Assembly (NCBI GenBank): GCA_965222605.1
Contig: OZ244960.1
Span: 3,744,001-3,808,000 of the forward strand
Direction of reading: 5' to 3'
DNA: 64,000 bases
Source of the DNA: Candidatus Latescibacterota bacterium
Lineage (GTDB): Bacteria > Latescibacterota > UBA2968
Positions 40,820 to 48,368 of the stretch are shown here, piece by piece; position 1 is the stretch's first letter, and each line of letters begins with the position of its first letter. The notes under the pieces are model-generated. The model saw only the letters and a program-made list of their open reading frames with translations. It made no database searches and was not told the DNA's origin. The position numbers were made by a program, and so were the translations under genes.

Positions 40820-41413
40820 GTGGCTGATTTTGAAGAACGGGATCTGATTCGTCAATGCCAAAAGGGCGATGTGCAAGCTTTCCGCCAGTTGGTTGAACGT
40901 TATGAAGACCGAATTTACGGTCTGGCGTGTTCGATTCTCGGCGATAGCGAGATGGCAAAGGATGCGGCGCAAGAGGCGTTTATTAGAGTGTATAGAGCAT
41001 TGGGAAAGTTTGAAGGTCGGTCGAGTTTTTACACGTATTTGTATCGCATTACCACTAATGTTTGTCTCACGTTTGCCCAGCGCGAGCAACGGCGGCCCGA
41101 TCGTGTTTCTATAGAGGGGATGCAAGAGGCGAGCGATATAGCACTGGATCGATTTTTGGGTACGGATGAACCGCAAAATGATATTGAGCGCATTGGTTTG
41201 CGCGAGGAGATTCAGAGGGTGCTCAATTACCTTTCGCCCGAGCATCGCGCGGTGGTGATTCTGAAAGATATAGAGGATCTTTCTCAAGAAGAAATTGCCG
41301 ATGTTTTAGATGTTTCCGTCGGCACTGTTAAATCGAGACTTTCGCGAGCACGGGCGCGTTTACGCGATTTGCTTATGCCGCTGTACCGCGAATGGCAAGG
41401 AGTGGATATATGA
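40820..41413 (+). CDS. ECF sigma factor (RpoE/SigW-like)
   Basis: DAAQEAFIRVY, SSFYTYLYRI, EEIADVL..SVGTVKSRLSRAR. Confidence 0.93.
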   Translation: MADFEERDLIRQCQKGDVQAFRQLVERYEDRIYGLACSILGDSEMAKDAAQEAFIRVYRALGKFEGRSSFYTYLYRITTNVCLTFAQREQRRPDRVSIEGMQEASDIALDRFLGTDEPQNDIERIGLREEIQRVLNYLSPEHRAVVILKDIEDLSQEEIADVLDVSVGTVKSRLSRARARLRDLLMPLYREWQGVDI

Positions 41414-41808
41414 CTGATCGCGATAAATTATTGCTCTATGTTGACGGTAATCTGTCTGCAGAAGACAGGCGCGAAATTGAAGCGCGGATAGCAGAAGATG
41501 CTGAGTTTCGCGCGGAATACGATTTGCTTCGCCATGTGCAGAGACGCCTGAGTAAGCGTCCGATGGATTCTTCGCCGGGGCTGTGGGATGGTATTCAGGC
41601 ACAGATTCAAGAAGAGAGCTTATGGAATAGCCTGGTCTGGGCGGGCAAACGCCTTGTGCCATTGGCCGCTGCCGCTGCTGTTATTTTTATGGTGCTGATA
41701 GATAATGGAAGTACTGAGGCAAATACGGTGTCGGATTATTTCGATTCGCAAACCGAGATGGTGCTGTCAGAGGTGCAACCCGATAGCCTGATTATCTATC
41801 CGGAGTAA
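41410..41808 (+). CDS. Putative membrane anti-sigma factor
   Basis: LLLYVDGNLS..DRREIEARI anti-sigma-like domain lacking the HxxxCxxC ligands; TM helix; 4-nt overlap with the sigma gene. Confidence 0.75.
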   Translation: MTDRDKLLLYVDGNLSAEDRREIEARIAEDAEFRAEYDLLRHVQRRLSKRPMDSSPGLWDGIQAQIQEESLWNSLVWAGKRLVPLAAAAAVIFMVLIDNGSTEANTVSDYFDSQTEMVLSEVQPDSLIIYPE

Positions 41809-41829
41809 ACAACCGCAAAAGGAACTATC

Positions 41830-42258
41830 ATGATTTCTTTTTCACCTCGCACACAGGCCATTCTTTTCTTTATGGGTATTTTTGCCCTGGGGTTGGTGTG
41901 TGGCGTTGTTGCCGAGCGCAAGTTCTTGCGTCAGCCAGGTCCGCGTGGACGGCCTTATGACTACAATCGCATGATTGAACGCTTGAGCGATGATCTCGAT
42001 TTGTCGGACGAGCAAAAGAGTGCTGTGCGGGCTGCATTTCAGGAACACCGGCGCGAGATTGATACGATGCGCCGACAAATTGGCGAAGATATGCGGTCTC
42101 AAGAGCAGAAATTGCGCGAGAAATTGAAGACGATTCTCACGCCTGAGCAGTTTGAAAAATTTGAGGAAAATAATAGACGTCGAGGATTCCGCGGCCGAGG
42201 TGGCGGCCGCCGAGGTCCCCCGGGAGACCGTCCACCCGGTTCCCGCCGAGGACCATGA
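41830..42258 (+). CDS. Spy/CpxP-like periplasmic protein
   Basis: N-terminal TM, LDLSDEQ and ILTPEQ (LTxxQ) motifs. Confidence 0.75.
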   Translation: MISFSPRTQAILFFMGIFALGLVCGVVAERKFLRQPGPRGRPYDYNRMIERLSDDLDLSDEQKSAVRAAFQEHRREIDTMRRQIGEDMRSQEQKLREKLKTILTPEQFEKFEENNRRRGFRGRGGGRRGPPGDRPPGSRRGP

Positions 42259-42393
42259 TTCGCGGCTTTCGCGTTGTGAACAGACGCCGGCCTGAGCACA
42301 GCCGAGGGTTGTTCGATGTTTTACCACAGACAGACAGTATTCGGGGAAATTCCCTCGCTTTCTGCTGCTGTTTAATCAAGAGGAGTAAATATC

Positions 42394-43065
42394 ATGAAAC
42401 GCAAAATTATCTACGCAGTTATCGGTGTTTTCGTTATTGGAGTTATTGGAAGTGTCGCTTTTGTGAAACATGCAGAGGCGCAAAGGGCCAAACGCCGCGG
42501 TATGCGCGGTATGGCGGTGCTGAAGTTGACGGATGAGCAGAAGGAGAAGATGTCTGATCTGCGTTCTGCCCATCAAAAAGCGATGATCGATTTGCGCGCG
42601 GCACACGCGAAAACGCGGATTGATTTGGGTGTGATTCGCAAGCAGGACAGTCCATCGGCTTCGGATATTCAGGCCAAGATCGATGTGATGATGGCGGCGC
42701 AGGGCAAAATTATGGCGCGCGAAATTCAGCACGGCATGGAGATAAAAAATTTGCTGACCGCTGAACAAAAGGAGAAACTCGGTGAGATGCGCGGCAAACG
42801 AGGGGGGCGCAAGGGGTTTCGCGGTCGCGGGGGACCTGGGTTCAGGGGACGCGGTGGTCCGGGTTTCAGAGGCCGTGGGGGACCTGGGTTCAGAGATAAC
42901 GATGGTCCCCGGTTCAGAGGACGCGGTGGTTTCCGCGGTCGCCGAGGTGGAGATCACGATCGGACTAAAAAGAAATCTGAGACGGAGGAAAAGTCTGAGA
43001 TGAAGGAGAAGTCCGAGATGAAGGAGAAGTCTGAACATCACAGTGAAGAGTCATCAGAGATGTAG
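42394..43065 (+). CDS. Spy/CpxP family protein with GFRGRGGP and EKSEMK repeats
   Basis: Signal peptide, LKLTDEQ and LLTAEQ motifs, low-complexity tail. Confidence 0.8.
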   Translation: MKRKIIYAVIGVFVIGVIGSVAFVKHAEAQRAKRRGMRGMAVLKLTDEQKEKMSDLRSAHQKAMIDLRAAHAKTRIDLGVIRKQDSPSASDIQAKIDVMMAAQGKIMAREIQHGMEIKNLLTAEQKEKLGEMRGKRGGRKGFRGRGGPGFRGRGGPGFRGRGGPGFRDNDGPRFRGRGGFRGRRGGDHDRTKKKSETEEKSEMKEKSEMKEKSEHHSEESSEM

Positions 43066-43118
43066 TGCATCGCTGTCTGGTATGAACTGGCCTGAGGAGC
43101 GGCCAGTTGTACCCCGTC

Positions 43119-43145
43119 GTAGGGGACGGTCCCCGTGCCGTCCCG
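43119..43145. repeat. REP family A copy
   Basis: GTAGGGGACGGTCCCCGTGCCGTCCCG, identical to 24260-24286. Confidence 0.85.
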
Positions 43146-43176
43146 TCCACAATCCAGTTTATCATTTGAACGCATA

Positions 43177-43209
43177 AGCGCGGCGGGTTTTTCCCCGTCG
43201 CGCTTTTTT
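43177..43209 (+). terminator. Intrinsic terminator of the ECF-Spy operon
   Basis: AAGCGCGGCGGG-TTTTTC-CCCGTCGCGCTT-TTTT. Confidence 0.8.
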
Positions 43210-43358
43210 ATTGGCATAAAAATTGCATTTGTTCCTATACTGAATACAATCCCCGTTAAAACCGCGCTTGCGTGTGGCGTTTTCGCAACAGGTGTGAATT
43301 TGATTCACACGCGAAGAGCGGTTCTAATCGGCTTTCAATATTTCAACAAAGGACAGCT

Positions 43359-44159
43359 ATGATTCGTACTATTTTTTTAAGTATAGGCTTTTTTATTTGT
43401 GTTATTTTTTCGTGTGTTGTGCAAGCGCAGGATCGCGTTGCCGTGGATATGGGGGGCGATTGGTTGCGACGCGATTGGGACGATTGCAGCGAGAATGTTA
43501 CGGGGCAACATCGAGATGGCGTGTTTGCGATTCGCAGCGATCATGCGGCGGCGCTTTTCTGGCAGGTGCCTACAAAAAATGGCACGGCGTTGTCAATTGA
43601 TCGCAGTCAGGGTTGGATCAGACGCTGTGACCGGCCGCCCAGGGGATTTGGAAAGGATGTTCGTGAACAGGCGCGGGGGCAGTATGATCTTATATCTGCA
43701 ACGGAGTATCCCTATATTTCGTGGCGCTGGCGGGTCAGCAACACGATTGATGATAGCGGTACGGCGGATCACAAAGGCAAGATTAAGAAATCGGGCGATG
43801 ATTTTGCAGCTAAGATCGGTATTTCGGTTCTCAATACCAGAGGGAAGTTGCGGGAAATTGCCTATCTCTGGACGCGCACTATACCCGAGGAGACTTCGCT
43901 GACACAGGTGACATCTGTTGCACTGGGCATTGTCAAATATAAGTGGTATCGCATTGTTGCCGAGAGCGGGGATCAAAATGCGAATCAGTGGGTTGGGGAG
44001 TCGCGCAATTTTTACAGGGATTTCAAACGCTTTTATCCCGATGAAGAACCCGCTGAGATTGTGCGCGTGTACCTTATGTCTGACTCGGATAATACGGGTA
44101 GTAGGGTGACGGGTGCGTTTGCGGATATCATGTTTCATCGAAAGCCTCCCGGTAATTAG
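43359..44159 (+). CDS. DUF3047 domain exported protein
   Basis: PYISWRWRV, DDFAAKI, IAYLW, W.GESRNFY.DFKRF, LMSDSDNTG. Confidence 0.8.
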   Translation: MIRTIFLSIGFFICVIFSCVVQAQDRVAVDMGGDWLRRDWDDCSENVTGQHRDGVFAIRSDHAAALFWQVPTKNGTALSIDRSQGWIRRCDRPPRGFGKDVREQARGQYDLISATEYPYISWRWRVSNTIDDSGTADHKGKIKKSGDDFAAKIGISVLNTRGKLREIAYLWTRTIPEETSLTQVTSVALGIVKYKWYRIVAESGDQNANQWVGESRNFYRDFKRFYPDEEPAEIVRVYLMSDSDNTGSRVTGAFADIMFHRKPPGN

Positions 44160-44165
44160 TAGGCT

Positions 44166-44194
44166 TTGACATTCGGCTTGCTATACCATATCTT
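44166..44194 (+). promoter_or_regulatory. sigma70 promoter upstream of the two-gene module
   Basis: TTGACA-N17-TATCTT. Confidence 0.6.
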
Positions 44195-44230
44195 TTGCTC
44201 ATTCCTATGTGGATACAGGTGATATTGTTT

Positions 44231-44414
44231 TACGTCATGTGTGACTTCATAATCAGTGGTCAGTTGCCCTGTCATTCTGAGCGGAGCGCAGCGGAGTCGA
44301 AGAATCTGCTGCTTGAACGGTGTGCATAGGTAAAAGATGCTTCGTCAGCCTATCGGCTTCCTCAGCATGACATAGCGTAGTAGCACATTCACTTTTAAAG
44401 TCACACATCGCGTA
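44231..44414. mobile_element. MITE/REPIN-like element containing an inverted REP doublet
   Basis: Outer IR TACGTCATGTGTGACTT / AAGTCACACATCGCGTA; inner GTCATTCTGAGCGGAG..GAAGAATCT / AGATGCTTCG..CTCAGCATGAC. Confidence 0.65.
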
Positions 44415-44422
44415 TTGTTTTT

Positions 44423-44680
44423 ATGAATGAGGAAAAAAGACGAAAAAATGAGCGCAAGTTTCGCCAGTGGATATCTCTATCAGGTGGTGGACGGCGTTAT
44501 TCTTATGACGTGCTGAGTCGTAGAAATGGATGGAAAGCTCGATATATCAAAGATGTGAATGCCGATGAAGAAACAGTGCGTTTTTGGCAGGAAATTTACG
44601 ACGACCATGGAACATTGGTTGAAATTCATCAGAAGTTTCCAGAAGATACGGGGCATCAACAGATAAAGGATAAGGTATGA
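44423..44680 (+). CDS. Small basic hypothetical protein, putative toxin
   Basis: 85 aa, GGGRRYSYDV..GWKARYIKDV..FWQEIYD..VEIHQKFP; ATGA overlap with the next gene. Confidence 0.65.
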   Translation: MNEEKRRKNERKFRQWISLSGGGRRYSYDVLSRRNGWKARYIKDVNADEETVRFWQEIYDDHGTLVEIHQKFPEDTGHQQIKDKV

Positions 44681-44940
44681 TTACGCGGGATGTTTTGGCT
44701 GATCGCTTAAAATTTTATCTCAACGGACAACTCTCGCTTGAATCACTTGTGTCCTGGGCTGAAGATGCGATGATGGAAGGGGAATTTGAGGAAAGAGATT
44801 TGCCGTTGATTCGCGATATTGTTGCTAAGTTGGGTGTTTCAGATGTTGCGGCCTTTGGCTTGACCTGGGAAGATGCGCGGTCCATGTTGGAGGCTCTTGG
44901 TTACCGTCCAAAGTTATCTTTTGAAATGATGGAGAGGTAG
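44677..44940 (+). CDS. Small acidic hypothetical protein, putative antitoxin/immunity protein
   Basis: 87 aa helical, YLNGQLSLESLVSWAE; translationally coupled to the upstream gene. Confidence 0.65.
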   Translation: MITRDVLADRLKFYLNGQLSLESLVSWAEDAMMEGEFEERDLPLIRDIVAKLGVSDVAAFGLTWEDARSMLEALGYRPKLSFEMMER

Positions 44941-44996
44941 TTATACTTTTGTCAGGCTGATGCTTTTTGTGCTGAAGACCGGCGCGAAAAACCCGC

Positions 44997-45025
44997 TTGA
45001 CTTTGCCAAAGCCCCGATATATCTT
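44997..45025 (+). promoter_or_regulatory. sigma70 promoter of the leader-VOC transcript
   Basis: TTGACT-N17-TATCTT. Confidence 0.6.
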
Positions 45026-45066
45026 CTGCATCATTCAGTTTGATTCGCAGATATAGTGAGATTAAC

Positions 45067-45252
45067 ATGATTTTTGCAACCCACCAGAATAATACCCAAC
45101 AGATGATGGATAGCTGCGCCAGCAGTGCAACTGCGCAGATGTCATTTATCCGTGCCATTGGTCATGTGTGCCCGGATGGTGGATCGAATCTCGCGGTTTT
45201 CACGGGTAATGACAAAAATATTATTGGCGGGTTCAAAATGAGACAGACTTAA
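45067..45252 (+). CDS. Putative 61-aa leader peptide or small protein
   Basis: ORF between promoter and terminator; its 3' codons carry the antiterminator arm. Confidence 0.5.
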   Translation: MIFATHQNNTQQMMDSCASSATAQMSFIRAIGHVCPDGGSNLAVFTGNDKNIIGGFKMRQT

Positions 45253-45278
45253 ATGTAAATCATAGTCTTGCAAAAACG

Positions 45279-45310
45279 AACCCGCTGAAGATACTTCGGC
45301 GGGTTTTTTT
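45279..45310 (+). terminator. Leader terminator upstream of the VOC gene
   Basis: AACCCGCTGAAG-ATA-CTTCGGCGGGTT followed by T-run. Confidence 0.85.
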
Positions 45311-45350
45311 ATTGGTGGTTAGACCCCTTCGGGGAGAAAGGACATGCAAG

Positions 45351-45812
45351 GTGGAATCCGATTTCGACTACCAGATGCCGTCCTATACAACACTGATGGT
45401 TCACGATCTCAACATATCCACACGCTGGTATTGCGATACGCTCGGTTTTTCCCTGGTTTCACAGATGCCGGGTGCTAATGGCGATCCCATTATGTCGCAT
45501 TTGCGGTGGGCGCCCCATGCGGATTTGATTTTGATGGAGGAGGGGCCAAATGTTTTGATTTCAAGCACCCGGGGCGCGGGTGTTACGCTCAATTTTACGG
45601 TGTTGCGCGAATCGGTTGATGCGATTGCCAAACGGGTGCGACGCGATGGCAATGTCCAGATTTCCGGTCCGCACGATCGCCCGTGGAATGCGCGAGAGGT
45701 TATTGTGATAGATCCCAATGGGTATCGGCTCAATTTCACAGAGCCGCTACGCGCACCTATTGATGGCGATGATTTGATGAATGAGGTTATAAAAGAAATC
45801 ACTTTGAACTGA
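45351..45812 (+). CDS. VOC (glyoxalase/bleomycin resistance) family protein
   Basis: LMVHDL..STRWYCDTLGF, GPHDRPWNAREVIVIDPNGYRLNF. Confidence 0.85.
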   Translation: MESDFDYQMPSYTTLMVHDLNISTRWYCDTLGFSLVSQMPGANGDPIMSHLRWAPHADLILMEEGPNVLISSTRGAGVTLNFTVLRESVDAIAKRVRRDGNVQISGPHDRPWNAREVIVIDPNGYRLNFTEPLRAPIDGDDLMNEVIKEITLN

Positions 45813-45833
45813 TATTTCAGGAGATGCAGACTT

Positions 45834-47414
45834 ATGCCCGAATTGTCCTGGTCTTTTCCGTATCCTTCCCAACGCATGCCGGTTATGGCGCGCAATGTGG
45901 TTGCGACGTCTCAACCGCTGGCTGCTCAGGCGGGGTTGCAGATGTTGCAAAAAGGTGGCAATGCTGTAGATGCGGCTCTGGCGACAGCCATGGCGCTTAC
46001 TGTTGTTGAACCCAATATGAATGGTATAGGCAGCGATGCATTTTGCATTTTGTGGGATGGTGAACAAATATATGGTCTCAACGCATCGGGGCGTTCCCCA
46101 AAAGCGTGGTCGTCCGAATTATTTGCAGCGTATGCTCAGATGCCCCAGCGCGGTTGGGATGCCGTGACTGTGCCCGGCTGTGTTTCGGCGTGGGTTGCGC
46201 TTTCAGAGCGGTTTGGCAAGTTGCCGTTTGAGGCGTTGTTTGAACCCGCGGTTCATTATGCCCGCAATGGTTTTGGGGTTTCGCCTATTACGGGACATAG
46301 CTGGGCACAGGCTGTGTATAATTACGGCGATATGCCCGATTGGATGGCGACTTTTGCACCCCGGGGCCGTGCGCCTAAGATTGGTGAAAAATTTGTGTGT
46401 GGCGCGCAGGCGCGTACGCTTGAACGCATTGCGGAGACAAGAGGAGAGGCTTTTTATTCGGGCGATCTGGCAGAAAAGATCGTTGCGCATGCAAAACGCA
46501 CTGGCGGTGCGATGACAGAAGAAGATCTGGCAGAGCATCGGGCAGATTGGGTGGATACGATGACGATGGATTTTGGGGATTATTCGCTGCACGAAATTCC
46601 GCCGAATGGTCAGGGTATTGCGGCGCTTATTGCACTGGGCATATTGGAGAATTGGGATCTGTCCGGGTATGCTGTTGATTCGGCAGATAGCTTACATCTT
46701 CAGATTGAGGCGATGAAGTTGGCGTATGCCGATACGCACAGGTACGTATCTGATCCGAATACGCGGGATATTGAGTACGCGCAATTGCTCGATCTGGATT
46801 ATTTGGCTCAGCGCGCCAGGTTGATTGATCTGAAAAGGGCGGGGGTGCCCACTTTTGGCATGCCGCGTGGCGATACGGTTTATCTCACGGCTGCAGATGA
46901 AGATGGGATGATGGTTTCGTTTATTCAGTCCAATTATATGGGTTTTGGCTCTGGTATTGTGATTCCGGATACGGGTATTAGCATGCAAAATCGGGGCGCG
47001 GGTTTTGTTCTGACAGAGGGCCATCCCAATCGCGTGGATGGGGGCAAGCGACCGTATCACACGATTATTCCGGCGTTTGCGACCCGAGAGGGTCAACCTG
47101 TGATGTCATTCGGCGTTATGGGAGGGCATATGCAGCCGCAAGGTCACGCGCAGATGATGATTCGAATTTTTGCTTATGGTCAAAATCCGCAGGCTGCGTG
47201 CGATGCGCCCCGATGGCAGGTTTTTGGCGGCTTGGGTGTGGGTATTGAGCCCGGCGTGGATGCGGGTGTGCTCGACGATCTTCGCGCTCGCGGGCACGAT
47301 ATTCAAATTCCGCCGACTATTGGATATGGCGGGGGTCAACTTATTTATAAACTGGACGATGGTTATTGCGCGGCTTCCGATCCTCGCAAGGATGGTCTGG
47401 CAGTGGGGTATTGA
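45834..47414 (+). CDS. Gamma-glutamyltransferase family protein
   Basis: VATSQPLA, GGNAVDAA, PPNGQG, autocleavage GD/TVYL, RPYHTIIP, GVMGG.MQPQGH. Confidence 0.92.
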   Translation: MPELSWSFPYPSQRMPVMARNVVATSQPLAAQAGLQMLQKGGNAVDAALATAMALTVVEPNMNGIGSDAFCILWDGEQIYGLNASGRSPKAWSSELFAAYAQMPQRGWDAVTVPGCVSAWVALSERFGKLPFEALFEPAVHYARNGFGVSPITGHSWAQAVYNYGDMPDWMATFAPRGRAPKIGEKFVCGAQARTLERIAETRGEAFYSGDLAEKIVAHAKRTGGAMTEEDLAEHRADWVDTMTMDFGDYSLHEIPPNGQGIAALIALGILENWDLSGYAVDSADSLHLQIEAMKLAYADTHRYVSDPNTRDIEYAQLLDLDYLAQRARLIDLKRAGVPTFGMPRGDTVYLTAADEDGMMVSFIQSNYMGFGSGIVIPDTGISMQNRGAGFVLTEGHPNRVDGGKRPYHTIIPAFATREGQPVMSFGVMGGHMQPQGHAQMMIRIFAYGQNPQAACDAPRWQVFGGLGVGIEPGVDAGVLDDLRARGHDIQIPPTIGYGGGQLIYKLDDGYCAASDPRKDGLAVGY

Positions 47415-47439
47415 ATATGCGGAATAAGGTGTTGTAATC

Positions 47440-48174
47440 ATGAGCAAACGCAAAGATACAGCCTGGCAGGCGCGAGATCTGGCGCAGAAATATCTCAAGA
47501 ATATCCGGCAGGCAATTCCGCTGTCCGACGAACAGATTGCCGTTATGTGCCGGGTAATCAATGCGGATGATCACAGGGTAAATACTGTGCTCGATCTGGG
47601 ATGTGGTGATGGCATCCTCGGCGCTGCGGTTCTTGAACACCACCCGGATGCACGCGGCGTTTTTGTGGATTTTTCTGAGGCTATGATTGAGGCAGCGCAG
47701 AAACGGTTTGCGGGGACGGCCTCACAGCATCGTTTTGTTATTGGCGATTATGCGATGTCCGACTGGATCAGTCTGGTTGCAGATGACGCGCCTTATGATG
47801 CGATTGTATCGGGTTTTTCGATTCATCACCAGAGCGATGAACGCAAGCGCGAGGTTTATGGCGAGATTTTCGATCTGCTATCTCCCAATGGCGTGTTTGT
47901 CAATGTCGAGCATGTTCGCTCGCCGTCGAAGTGGGTTGAGTCGCGTTTTGCCGATCGCTTTATTGACGCGCTTTATGATTCTGTCACGCGGCGAGACCCA
48001 AATGCATCTCGCGATGAAATTGCACGGGCTTATTATTATCGCGATGACAAACAGGCGAATATTCTCGCGTCTGTTGAAGATCAATGTGAATGGCTCAGAG
48101 ATATTGGTTTTTCAGATGTAGATTGTTATTTCAAGCTTTTTGAACTCGCTGTTTTTGGTGGGAGAAAAATTTAA
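47440..48174 (+). CDS. Class I SAM-dependent methyltransferase
   Basis: VLDLGCGDG, VDFSEAM, YDAIVSGFSIHH. Confidence 0.9.
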   Translation: MSKRKDTAWQARDLAQKYLKNIRQAIPLSDEQIAVMCRVINADDHRVNTVLDLGCGDGILGAAVLEHHPDARGVFVDFSEAMIEAAQKRFAGTASQHRFVIGDYAMSDWISLVADDAPYDAIVSGFSIHHQSDERKREVYGEIFDLLSPNGVFVNVEHVRSPSKWVESRFADRFIDALYDSVTRRDPNASRDEIARAYYYRDDKQANILASVEDQCEWLRDIGFSDVDCYFKLFELAVFGGRKI

Positions 48175-48184
48175 TTAAAACTGG

Positions 48185-48283
48185 ATGAATACTATGTATA
48201 TGCACTATTTCCAAATCTCTCAGTTCACAGGCAATAATAATGACGATAATAATCCGATCCGGCGACGGGCTGGACCGGCATAG
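48185..48283 (+). CDS. Asn/Asp leader peptide MNTMYMHYFQISQFTGNNNDDNNPIRRRAGPA
   Basis: Seven consecutive Asn/Asp codons at 48233-48253; alternative ATGs at 48194 and 48200. Confidence 0.82.
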   Translation: MNTMYMHYFQISQFTGNNNDDNNPIRRRAGPA

Positions 48284-48343
48284 GTCGTCTTGTGCCATCA
48301 TGAAAGTGCCCGTTGTCGAAGAATGCGACAACGGGCTTTTTTT
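48260..48343 (+). promoter_or_regulatory. Attenuator of aspS
   Basis: Terminator GCCCGTTGTCG/CGACAACGGGC-T7; CGGCGACGGGC (48260-48270) pairs the 5' arm 11/11 with 2 G-U. Confidence 0.85.
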
Positions 48344-48368
48344 GTACCTAAATCAAAAGGAATTTGTC

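Noticed and set aside
42255-42536. 93-aa ORF between the two Spy-like genes
   Set aside because: It overlaps the second Spy gene out of frame and includes a REP-like fragment (CCTGAGCACAGCCGAGGG)
45235-45243. K-M-R as a macrolide +X+ arrest motif
   Set aside because: Common by chance, and stalling there would mask the antiterminator, giving the wrong sign for induction
48240-48368. N-terminal extension of AspRS given in the ORF track
   Set aside because: It spans the attenuator; ATG 48369 has an RBS and matches the normal AspRS start
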